The translations under genes and the position numbers were made by a program. A stretch of DNA of 55,447 bases, from NCBI GenBank assembly GCA_030535915.1, contig JAUNQZ010000001.1, positions 1 through 55,447 of the forward strand, in the 5' to 3' direction. This document shows, piece by piece, positions 8,822 through 17,217 of the stretch; position 1 is the first letter of the stretch, and each line of letters opens with the position of its first letter. Origin of the DNA: a bacterium (GTDB taxonomy: Bacteria; Verrucomicrobiota; Kiritimatiellia; RFP12; DVOR01). The notes beneath the pieces are model-generated. The model made no database searches. It was given only the letters and a program-made list of their open reading frames with translations, and had not been told where the DNA came from.

Positions 8822-9307
8822 TCAATTAAGTTTAATCATAATATCATCTCGTGTATCTTGTTGTCCATCAATTCCAATAGATTTTAATTCGTATGCGGAA
8901 GGTTGATCCCCAACATTTGGAAGATAAACAAAGGGTTGATCCCAATAATCTATCAAACTATTTGGATGTATCAGCCCTTCTTCAACGAGCACTTTTAAAT
9001 CCTCTGGCAATCCCTTAGATGCATTTTTAAGTTGATAAATAAGAATGGCCTTATTGACCTCGCAAAGATTAATTTTTGTTTTTTTAACCTCAATTGAATC
9101 CTGACTCAACACTTGAAAATCCCCCATCCCCGGTTGATTTTCAAGTGCTTCACCAACAGGCTTGACCACATCGAGGATGATTAATCCGCAAATCAAACCG
9201 ACAAAACAACCCATAAGAATCACACATGATGTAATAAACTTATAGTATTTGCGCTTTGTTTCAGAAAAACCATCCTGTTCAAACGTGTCGATTTTATGAG
9301 GTGCCAT
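8822..9307 (-). CDS. membrane-anchored protein with GspG (T2SS major pseudopilin)-like globular domain, no prepilin leader
   Basis: The C-terminal LIDYWDQPFVYLP...YELKSIGIDGQQDTRDDI matches the GspG C-domain pattern (D-x-W-x-x-P-F/Y-x-Y ... S-x-G-x-DG...DDI). The N-terminus is a 25-aa cytoplasmic tail plus a TM segment, not G-F-T-L-I-E. Confidence 0.6.
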   Translation of the reverse strand: MAPHKIDTFEQDGFSETKRKYYKFITSCVILMGCFVGLICGLIILDVVKPVGEALENQPGMGDFQVLSQDSIEVKKTKINLCEVNKAILIYQLKNASKGLPEDLKVLVEEGLIHPNSLIDYWDQPFVYLPNVGDQPSAYELKSIGIDGQQDTRDDIMIKLN

Positions 9308-9325
9308 AAGGCCTCCTTCATGCCC

Positions 9326-11011
9326 TTATGGAACGGGGAACTGAATGGCTAAAGACTTAACCTCTTCACGAACCTTAGCTTGGAGGTCTGTGTTTTCAGG
9401 ATCGCGCAAGATCGCAACAATCCAATTGCCCAAAGCCTCCATTTCAGGTTCTTTCATTCCACGGGTCGTTACGGCAGCTGTACCGATACGAATGCCCGAG
9501 CAAACAAAGGGAGATTCTGTATCATACGGGATTGTATTCTTATTACAAATAATACCTGCGTTATCCAATGCCGCTGCAGCGAGTTTACCCGTCAAGCCCG
9601 AAGCTTTCACATCCACGAGGAAGAGGTGATTATCCGTACCGCCAGAGACTAAACGAAAACCAGCAGCTTCAATCGTCTTGGCCAAGGTTGCCGTATTCGC
9701 AACAATTTGTTCAGCGTACGCACGCGCATCACGCTGGAGCCATTCGCGGAAGCAAACAGCCTTTGCTGCGATAACATTTTCAAGCGGACCGCCTTGGATT
9801 CCAGGGAAGACCGATTTATTAATTGCTGCGATATATTTTTCTTTGCAAAGAATCATGCCTGCGCGAGGGCCACGGAGCGTTTTATGTGTCGTTGTCGTGA
9901 CAAAATCCGCATAAGGCACTGGCGAAGGATGCACGCCTCCAGCAATCAAGCCTGCAATATGTGCCATATCCACCATCAAGTAAGCACCAACCTTGTCAGC
10001 AATTTCACGAAAGCGCGCGAAGTCAATAGTACGAGGATAAGCCGAAGCACCTGCAAGAATCAACTTAGGCTTAACTTCCATCGCCTGAGCCTCAATAGCA
10101 TCATAATCGAGCGCTTCGGTATCCTTATCAACGGTGTAAGGAACGATATTATACAGCTTGCCTGAGAAATTCACTGGCGAACCATGACTCAAATGACCAC
10201 CCTGGTCCAAACTCATCGAAAGAATTGTATCGCCAGGTTGTAAAACTGCAAAGTAAACAGCCATGTTCGCGGCACTACCACAGTGCGGTTGCACATTGGC
10301 AGCTTCTGCACCAAAGAGTTGCTTGGCGCGTTCAATCGCAAGGGTTTCAACCGTATCAACAGGAATGCAACCCGAGTACCAGCGTTTGCCGGGGTAACCT
10401 TCAGCATACTTGTTCGTCAATATCGAACCTTGTGCTTCGCGTACGGCTGCAGAAGTATAGTTTTCAGAAGCAATTAGATTAATGGTTTCGTCTTCTTGAG
10501 CGACTTGAGCAACAATCGTTGCATGAACTTCAGGATCAGCCTTTGCCAAAAGCGAAGCTTCAGCAAGGCGACCTGCACGATCACACTTTGCTAAACGACG
10601 AACATGACGCTCCGCATTAGAGAAAGGTGTATCTAACCATGTCTTAAGCGCAACAAGCGCTTGATCATCGTCTAAAGAACGCGCCGACAAGATGACAATA
10701 TTTGCATCATTATGTTCACGCGAAAGTTTCGCAACAGGTTCATCTGTAACAATAGCGGCACGAATACCAGTGAAACGATTTGCGACAATACTCATACCGA
10801 TACCAGTGGAACAGAGTAAAACGCCACGCTCTACACGACCTTCCAAAACAGCTTCACAAACTTGAATGGCGAAATCCGTATAATCATCAGCTGCAGTTGC
10901 ATCAAATGAACCCACATCGGTGACTTCATAGTTCATCGATTTGAGAGCTTCTACAAGTTTGCCCTTGAGAGTAACACCAGCATGGTCGCAACCAATAGCG
11001 ATTGTTTTCAT
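9326..11011 (-). CDS. glyA: fusion protein: ribose-5-phosphate isomerase B (N-terminal ~145 aa) + serine hydroxymethyltransferase (C-terminal ~415 aa)
   Basis: RpiB motifs [22 protein letters not shown] and EHNDANIV are present. After a linker comes SHMT with [15 protein letters not shown] and the PLP-lysine context [14 protein letters not shown]. It is a single uninterrupted 561-aa ORF with an aaggaga SD. Confidence 0.9.
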   Translation of the reverse strand: MKTIAIGCDHAGVTLKGKLVEALKSMNYEVTDVGSFDATAADDYTDFAIQVCEAVLEGRVERGVLLCSTGIGMSIVANRFTGIRAAIVTDEPVAKLSREHNDANIVILSARSLDDDQALVALKTWLDTPFSNAERHVRRLAKCDRAGRLAEASLLAKADPEVHATIVAQVAQEDETINLIASENYTSAAVREAQGSILTNKYAEGYPGKRWYSGCIPVDTVETLAIERAKQLFGAEAANVQPHCGSAANMAVYFAVLQPGDTILSMSLDQGGHLSHGSPVNFSGKLYNIVPYTVDKDTEALDYDAIEAQAMEVKPKLILAGASAYPRTIDFARFREIADKVGAYLMVDMAHIAGLIAGGVHPSPVPYADFVTTTTHKTLRGPRAGMILCKEKYIAAINKSVFPGIQGGPLENVIAAKAVCFREWLQRDARAYAEQIVANTATLAKTIEAAGFRLVSGGTDNHLFLVDVKASGLTGKLAAAALDNAGIICNKNTIPYDTESPFVCSGIRIGTAAVTTRGMKEPEMEALGNWIVAILRDPENTDLQAKVREEVKSLAIQFPVP

Positions 11012-11061
11012 CTTATCTCCTTAATCATAGATGCGTACATTTTCGCATTTAAATCTCTTGT

Positions 11062-11090
11062 ATTATACCTTTTTCAAAAGAAAAAGTAAA
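11062..11090 (-). promoter_or_regulatory. promoter of rpiB-glyA operon: TTTACT-17-TATAAT (minus strand)
   Basis: On the minus strand the sequence reads tttact-ttttcttttgaaaaagg-tataat. The leader is ~48 nt. Confidence 0.45.
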
Positions 11091-11126
11091 AGAAAAAGGT
11101 AGTTTTTTGCAAAAAACTTTTTTTCT

Positions 11127-11155
11127 TTGAGATTTTTTTTAAATTGTGATAGAAT
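11127..11155 (+). promoter_or_regulatory. promoter TTGAGA-17-TGaTAGAAT ending 7 nt before ATG 11163
   Basis: TTGAGA at 11127-11132, a 17-nt spacer, TAGAAT at 11150-11155 with TG at 11147-11148. The TTG of the -35 box is what the ORF track used as its start. Confidence 0.5.
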
Positions 11156-11162
11156 GAGGGGC

Positions 11163-12203
11163 ATGAATCGTATCCAGTATTTACTTCGTCGTTTGATGCT
11201 TCTTGTGCCAACTTTTTTTGGCATAACCATCGTTTGCTTTCTTTTAACACGTATCCTTGCCACTGCGCCTGGTGGACTCGTGGATATGAAACTTGCCCAA
11301 ATGCAGGGTGTTGGTGGTGGTGAGGCGGGTAGTAGCGTAAGCGCTCAGCAACTTCAAGAAGACCAACGCAAAACCATTGAAGCCGAACTTAATCTCGATA
11401 AGCCTTTCTATGAACAGTATTATATTTGGGCTGTCGAAGAACACATGGGCATGTCCGCAAAAAGCGAACGCTATAAAAAGCCTACCTGGGAACTAATTAA
11501 GGAACGCATTCCGATTTCAATGTGGTTCGGCATTACGGCATTCTTACTTTCTTACATGGTTTGTATCCCTCTTGGCATTGCAAAAGCTCTACGTCATGGC
11601 TCGACCTTTGATATGACCTCCAGTATCATTGTCTTTACTGCTTATGCAGTTCCTGCATTTGCAATTGGCATGATGCTCAAAACATTCCTTTGCGGCACAG
11701 TTGAGGGTTTTTGGGATATCTTCCCCTTAAGTGGCTTCCAGTCTGATGCGGCCGCAGCCGAGGGAGGTTGGACACTCTTTATTGATCGTGCTTACCACAT
11801 GGTTCTTCCTGTTACGGCGTATGTGATGACCTCTTTCGCACTCTTAACCATTATGATGAAAAACTCTTTAATGGAACAAATGAGCTCGGAATATGTCCGT
11901 ACGGTTTTAGCAAAGGGTGCTACACGTAAACGTGCCATTTGGTGTCACGCTTTCCGTAACGCGTTAATTCCAATTGCAACGGGTTTCGGAGGTGTGCTCG
12001 GTGTACTTTTCGCAGGTTCCATGATTATCGAAACAATTTTCGAAATCCGTGGCATGGGTTATTTCTCCTTGGAAGCCTTACGCGGTCAAGACTATAATAT
12101 CTTCATGGCAATGATTGTAATTACGGCAACAATTCAACTCGTGGGCAACTTGATTTCAGACTTCTGCTACATGCTCATCGACCCGCGTATTCACTTCGAT
12201 TAA
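11163..12203 (+). CDS. ABC transporter permease, Opp/Dpp/YejB family (orphan)
   Basis: The N-terminus MNRIQYLLRRLMLLVPTFFGITIVCF is typical of OppB/YejB. There is a long periplasmic loop and the EAA-region sequence YVRTVLAKGATRKRAIWCHAFRNALIP. No partner ABC genes are adjacent. Confidence 0.8.
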   Translation: MNRIQYLLRRLMLLVPTFFGITIVCFLLTRILATAPGGLVDMKLAQMQGVGGGEAGSSVSAQQLQEDQRKTIEAELNLDKPFYEQYYIWAVEEHMGMSAKSERYKKPTWELIKERIPISMWFGITAFLLSYMVCIPLGIAKALRHGSTFDMTSSIIVFTAYAVPAFAIGMMLKTFLCGTVEGFWDIFPLSGFQSDAAAAEGGWTLFIDRAYHMVLPVTAYVMTSFALLTIMMKNSLMEQMSSEYVRTVLAKGATRKRAIWCHAFRNALIPIATGFGGVLGVLFAGSMIIETIFEIRGMGYFSLEALRGQDYNIFMAMIVITATIQLVGNLISDFCYMLIDPRIHFD

Positions 12204-12219
12204 TATTACGGACGTTGAA

Positions 12220-13695
12220 ATGAACGACGTCCTTCGAGAGAAATTAAAACATCTTCCCGAAAAGCCCGGTTGCTATCTTTATCGCGACCGGGCTGGTACT
12301 ATTATCTATGTTGGAAAGGCTGTAAATCTCCGTCGACGTGTCCAAAGTTACTTTAGAGCCTCCACACTACGAACCGCCCCTCCAAAACTTAGAAGTCTCA
12401 TTCATCACGTTCAAGATTTAGAATATCGTATCGTTCGGAGCGAAGCTGAAGCGCTCCTGACCGAGAGCCATCTCATCAAAACGTATCGTCCACGGTTCAA
12501 TATTCTTCTTCGCGATGACAAACGCTATCTCGCCCTTCGTGCAGATCCTACACGAGACTTTCCGCGTTTCACAACCTGTCGTATTATCCGTGAGGACGGA
12601 GCGCATTATTTTGGTCCTTTCCCTTCAGCAACAGTTGTTCGTGTCGCGCTCGACTTTGTAGAGAAACGTTTTGGGCTTCGCAAATGTAATAGTTTGACCC
12701 CCTGCCCGGAAGACCATACGCACTGTATGGCAGACATTATTCGCTTTTGTACAGCGCCCTGCCTTGGACGCATTTCCGAAGCAGACTATCGTAAACGTTT
12801 TGATGAAGCATGTGCTTTTTTACGTGGTGAACGACCTGCCATTACCGAAGAACTCCATCGGCAAATGTTGAAGGCATCAGAAAAAGAAGACTTTGAGCGC
12901 GCCGCACGTCTCCGTGATACATGGCTCGCCCTCAAAGAGCTTCTTCGAGAAAAAGCACGCGTACGCTTACAACCAACACTTCCCAAACCTACCGCACAAG
13001 AAGGTCTTGAAGAGCTTGCCTCTTATCTTCAACTCCCTTCCCCTCCTCATATTATTGAATGTTTTGACATTTCTCATCTCATGGGAACACATACCGTTGC
13101 ATCAATGGTAACCGCCGTTGATGGTGTGCCGGATAAACGGCGTTATCGTCGCTTTCGCATTCGCACCGTCACCAACAATGACCCACTTGCTATGGCAGAA
13201 GTGATTCAACGCCATCTTTCCCATTTGAAAGATGAAAATGCTCCCCTCCCCGACCTTATTCTTTGCGATGGCGCGCAACTCCAAGTGGAAGCCACACGAA
13301 CGATTCTCAAACAATTTAACCTCTATGATAAGATTCCCGTTGCGGGTCTTAACGAACACTTTGAAGAAATCGTTCTTGCAGAGGGGCGGCCCAATCTCAT
13401 TTTACCCCGTTCATCAAAAGCACTACAAATTCTCATGCGCTTGCGCGATGAGGCGCATCGTTTTGCAATTACCTATAATCGTACGCTTCGCTTGCGAGTC
13501 CTTAAAGAGTCTGTCCTTGATGAAATCCCCAACATTGGTCCCATTCGCAAAAAGAGTCTTCTCAAAGCCTTTGGCTCTGTTCGACGACTTGCAGCAGCAG
13601 AGGTTGAAACGATTGCACAACATCCAGGAATTACACCCGAGCTTGCAAAAATCATTAAAGAGGCGCTTCAAGCGCGTATCATAGATCACGATTAA
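12220..13695 (+). CDS. uvrC: excinuclease ABC subunit C
   Basis: GIY-YIG N-terminus (KPGCYLYRDRAGTIIYVGKAVNLRRRVQSYF), UVR motif (FERAARLRD) and C-terminal (HhH)2. It is compact at 491 aa. Confidence 0.9.
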   Translation: MNDVLREKLKHLPEKPGCYLYRDRAGTIIYVGKAVNLRRRVQSYFRASTLRTAPPKLRSLIHHVQDLEYRIVRSEAEALLTESHLIKTYRPRFNILLRDDKRYLALRADPTRDFPRFTTCRIIREDGAHYFGPFPSATVVRVALDFVEKRFGLRKCNSLTPCPEDHTHCMADIIRFCTAPCLGRISEADYRKRFDEACAFLRGERPAITEELHRQMLKASEKEDFERAARLRDTWLALKELLREKARVRLQPTLPKPTAQEGLEELASYLQLPSPPHIIECFDISHLMGTHTVASMVTAVDGVPDKRRYRRFRIRTVTNNDPLAMAEVIQRHLSHLKDENAPLPDLILCDGAQLQVEATRTILKQFNLYDKIPVAGLNEHFEEIVLAEGRPNLILPRSSKALQILMRLRDEAHRFAITYNRTLRLRVLKESVLDEIPNIGPIRKKSLLKAFGSVRRLAAAEVETIAQHPGITPELAKIIKEALQARIIDHD

Positions 13696-13705
13696 AGGAG
13701 CCTAT

Positions 13706-14176
13706 ATGCTCACAGAAATTCGACTTAAACTCCATGGTAGACTCACTGCCCCCCTTACCAAAATACGATTACTTAAAGCTGCGACCTATTGCATTACAGC
13801 AGCACAACGTTGGTCGCGTCCTAAAACACCTTGGCAAGAAGTGACCATTCATCTCATTCATGATTCCATCAGTGCGAGCGTCAATAAAGCAATTATGAAC
13901 CACGATGGTCCCACCGATGTTATTACTCAACGATACGAACCTTTCCCAGGGGAACCCGAAGGTCTCATTGGAGAACTTTACGTCAATCTCGATGAAGCCC
14001 TCCGCATCTCTCAACAACTCAAACGAACAACATTTGAAGAGGAAACCATCCTCTACATCGCCCATGGCTGTGACCACCTCACAGATGCTGACGATGCGAC
14101 CCCTCCAGAACGTGCAGCCATGCGAAAACGCGACCTCCGTTGGATGCATGCCGCAACGAGACTTCTTAACAAATGA
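13706..14176 (+). CDS. ybeY: rRNA maturation endoribonuclease YbeY-like
   Basis: 156 aa with GPTDVITQ (compare PTDVLSF) and the metal motif HGCDHLTDADD, which is H-x3-H-x5-D rather than the canonical H-x3-H-x5-H. Confidence 0.7.
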   Translation: MLTEIRLKLHGRLTAPLTKIRLLKAATYCITAAQRWSRPKTPWQEVTIHLIHDSISASVNKAIMNHDGPTDVITQRYEPFPGEPEGLIGELYVNLDEALRISQQLKRTTFEEETILYIAHGCDHLTDADDATPPERAAMRKRDLRWMHAATRLLNK

Positions 14177-14236
14177 AAGATTTTATTATTACTCCAATAA
14201 GTTATAAAAGAATTTGAAAGTTTTTCATCTCTTTGT

Positions 14237-14265
14237 TTGACCTTTTAACCCTTTTTTAGTATAAT
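14237..14265 (+). promoter_or_regulatory. promoter of pfk: TTGACC-17-TATAAT
   Basis: TTGACC at 14237-14242, an exact 17-nt spacer, TATAAT at 14260-14265. The leader is ~45 nt with a gagga SD. Confidence 0.6.
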
Positions 14266-14316
14266 GTACGACCAAATGCCCGTTATGGGCACAACATAAG
14301 TAATGAGGATAGAAAC

Positions 14317-15687
14317 ATGCTTTCGTTATTTAAGCGCATATTAGAAGATCCCTCCAAGTTTACTTTTATCACAGAAAACTTGGGCGAATGTCACGTAGAT
14401 ACGCCCATTCAACAAAACGCGACATTCCTTAATCCGGATGATATGTACTCCTTATTGAGCGTCCGCGCTTCTTACGTTCATGAATTTGTTAAGAAGTATG
14501 GCACCGTGCCGAAATTGGAATCCGCCGGACCTCATCGTAAAATTTTCCATGATCCCAACACCACGCGTGCTGCGATTGTTACCGCTGGTGGTCTTTGCCC
14601 CGGTCTCAATAATGTTATCAAGGGTCTCGTTGAAGTGCTAGCCTTTGATTATGGCATCAAAACCATCTATGGCTTCCGCTATGGTTATGCAGGTTTAATT
14701 CCTGACTTTGGCTACGATCCCATTATGCTCACCCCTGACACCGTAGATACCATTCACGAACAAGGGGGTACACTTCTCGGTTCCTCCCGTGGTCAGCAAG
14801 ACACCGAACGCATGGTTGACACGCTTGAACGTATGGGCATCAATGTCCTCTTTGCAATCGGTGGTGACGGTTCACTTCGTTGCGCTCGTGATGTGTCGAA
14901 CGAATGCCGTCGTCGTGGTCTCAAGATTTCTGTTATCGGTATTCCTAAAACCATTGACAACGACCTTCACTTTGTGGGTCGTACCTTTGGCTTTGAAACT
15001 GCGGTTGCCGCTTCAATTCCTGCTATTCGCTCGGCTCACTCCGAAGCTCTCGGCGCCTACAATGGCGTGGGTCTCGTAAAGCTTATGGGGCGAGACTCTG
15101 GCTTTATTGCGGCTTATGCAGCACTCGCGAACCCCGTAGTCAACTTCTGTCTTATCCCAGAATCATCGTTCACTGTTGAAGGCGAAAATGGCCTTCTCAA
15201 GGCTCTTGAACGCCGCTTTGCAAAGGGTCGTCACCACGCCGTTATTGTTGTCGCAGAAGGCGCCGGTCAGGAATTGATGGAAGGCGAAGTGAAAAAAGAC
15301 GCCTCAGGTAATATCCTCAAGAAGGATATCGGCGAATTCCTTAAGAATGCCATTACCAAGCACTTCGAAGACAAGGGTGAAGAGATTACTGTTAAGTACA
15401 TTGATCCTAGTTACACCATTCGTAGTTGCCCTGCAGAAGCTTCTGACTCGGTTCTTTGCTACCGCCTCGCTCGCATGGCTGTCCATGCCGCCATGGCAGG
15501 TCGTACCAACTGCGTTGTGGGTCGTCTCAACGACGATTACTCGCTCGTACCGATTCCTTTGGCAACAATTGAACGTCGTAAGATTGATCTCAACTCCAAT
15601 CTTTGGGCCTCTGTTCTTGATGCAACAGGTCAAAACTACTACATGTACCCCGAGAAACAAAACCTCGGCGCCTATGTCACACCATAA
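14317..15687 (+). CDS. pfk: 6-phosphofructokinase (long PfkA-family form; GGDGS suggests ATP-dependent type)
   Basis: Motifs TAGGLCPGLNNVIKG, IGGDGSL, IPKTIDND and MGRDSG. 456 aa. Confidence 0.9.
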   Translation: MLSLFKRILEDPSKFTFITENLGECHVDTPIQQNATFLNPDDMYSLLSVRASYVHEFVKKYGTVPKLESAGPHRKIFHDPNTTRAAIVTAGGLCPGLNNVIKGLVEVLAFDYGIKTIYGFRYGYAGLIPDFGYDPIMLTPDTVDTIHEQGGTLLGSSRGQQDTERMVDTLERMGINVLFAIGGDGSLRCARDVSNECRRRGLKISVIGIPKTIDNDLHFVGRTFGFETAVAASIPAIRSAHSEALGAYNGVGLVKLMGRDSGFIAAYAALANPVVNFCLIPESSFTVEGENGLLKALERRFAKGRHHAVIVVAEGAGQELMEGEVKKDASGNILKKDIGEFLKNAITKHFEDKGEEITVKYIDPSYTIRSCPAEASDSVLCYRLARMAVHAAMAGRTNCVVGRLNDDYSLVPIPLATIERRKIDLNSNLWASVLDATGQNYYMYPEKQNLGAYVTP

Positions 15688-15692
15688 GTTTC

Positions 15693-15756
15693 TAATCTTA
15701 CGATATGAAAAAGGAGGCCCGCTTATGCGAGCCTCCTTTTTCATATCGTAAGATTA
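15693..15756 (+). terminator. pfk terminator embedded in a 64-nt near-perfect palindrome
   Basis: Perfect 26-nt arms (15693-15718 and 15731-15756) surround ccgcttatgcga, which adds 3 more base pairs. The inner part, aaaaaggaggc...gcctccttttt, is a classic bidirectional intrinsic terminator. Confidence 0.65.
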
Positions 15757-15890
15757 ATCAAACCTATAACAATAAATCAAAACAAAAGAACATAGTTTCA
15801 AAAAAAAGCATTTTTTACTTTTTAAAAAGTGCTAATTTTGATATTCTATTAAAGATATTTTCTAAATATCCACAAGTAAAGGATAAAATT

Positions 15891-17189
15891 ATGCGTACAA
15901 AAACATGTCTTGCACTAGTACTTTTAAGTTTAACCACATTGGGTTGCGGTAATGATGAAACCTACAATCCTCAGCCTACAGTACCAACAAAAACAAAAGA
16001 AATTGCGGCAACTGTTGACAAACTTACATTGACAAAAGATGAAGTTGCAACCCGTGTTAATCTTTTAATTAGCGAGCTTCCTAAAGAAAATGCTCCAACC
16101 CCTGAACAAATGGATGACGCACGTGAAATGTTCTCCAAAAACATTGTCAATACTTTTATTCAGAGCAACATGATTCGCGTAACTGCAGAACGCGAAGGCA
16201 TCATCATCACCGATGAAATGCGCGAAAAAGCCTATGTTGATTTCAAGGCACGAACTGGCAAAGATTTCAAAACTGAAACAGCCAAGTTAAAACCAGAAAT
16301 GCGTAAGATTGTTGAAGACGAACTTGAGGCTAGCATATTATTAGCTGCATTAGTTGAAAAGAATGTCTATGCCGTAACTCCTGTGAATGAAGCAGAAGTA
16401 ACCGAAACATTCGAAAAGGTGAAGAAAGAAATCGAAAACGCAACCACCGATTTTACAAATTACTACAATCAACTCAAAGCAAAAACTATCACAATTGACG
16501 AACTCTCGCAAAAGGCACCGCGCTTCTTGCCACCACAAGGTCTCAAACAAAAGATCTCTGTTGACGAAATGGCTCGCCTTCCTCAAAAGATTCGTGAAGT
16601 GATTGAAGCAACCCCCGTGGGGCAAATCTCCGAGATCAAAGAACTTTCAGAAAATGACCAATGTGTTAAGTTCTATGTCTCAGTAACCAAGTCTCTTCCT
16701 CCGATGACTAAGCTTGAAGCATTGACAAAGATTCAAGCGCTCAAGAAGCAACTTGACGAAGGTGCAAGCTTTGAAATTCTCGCAAAAGAAAACTCCGCAT
16801 GTCCCTCGGGGGCACGCGCAGGTGGAGACCTTGGCGATTTCTCGCGTGGGATGATGGTGAAAGCATTTGAAGATGCAGCCTTCTCCTTGCCATTAAATGT
16901 CATCAGCGAACCCGTTGAAACAGACTTTGGCTATCACTTAATAAAGGTAACAGCACGCGATGAAGGGAAAGGTACTGCTCGCGCATCGCACATTCTTCTC
17001 GCCCCCACCAAGGCCGCAATGGAAGTCTCCATCGTAAGTACGCTCTTCCCTGCGAAGGTCTCAATTGAGGATATTCGTGAAACTTTAAAGGCTCGCGATG
17101 CTGAACCCAAACTCAAGGCTTATCTAGACTCCATTAGGGCAAACACAACTGTGACCTGCCCCGCCTACCCTGATTTGATTGCACAATAA
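15891..17189 (+). CDS. secreted/lipoprotein parvulin-type peptidyl-prolyl isomerase (SurA/PrsA-like), paralogue 1
   Basis: ATG 15891 gives the signal peptide [20 protein letters not shown]. The parvulin core is [30 protein letters not shown]...FGYHLIKV. The ORF-track start at 15705 lies in the terminator palindrome and is rejected. Confidence 0.85.
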   Translation: [432 protein letters not shown]

Positions 17190-17217
17190 GTCATATCAAA
17201 ATTTAAATCAACATTAC

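Noticed and set aside
11127-11162. N-terminal extensions suggested by the ORF track at 11127, 17483, 30086, 39111 (minus strand) and 52947
   Set aside because: Each begins with TTG. At 11127, 39111 and 52947 the TTG is the first three bases of the predicted -35 hexamer. At 30086 it lies just after the -35 hexamer, inside the promoter. At 17483 it is a non-ATG codon in the leader upstream of a better ATG with a signal peptide. In every case the extension would place the promoter or leader inside the coding sequence.
15304-15751. Mirror ORFs starting MKKEAR...PPFSYRKI on both strands (15705 plus, 15744 minus), and the 146/134-aa ORFs overlapping the pfk 3' end
   Set aside because: Both starts lie in the two arms of the terminator palindrome, which is why they encode the same peptide. 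The minus ORF is antisense to pfk. The real PPIase start is ATG 15891, which has a signal peptide.
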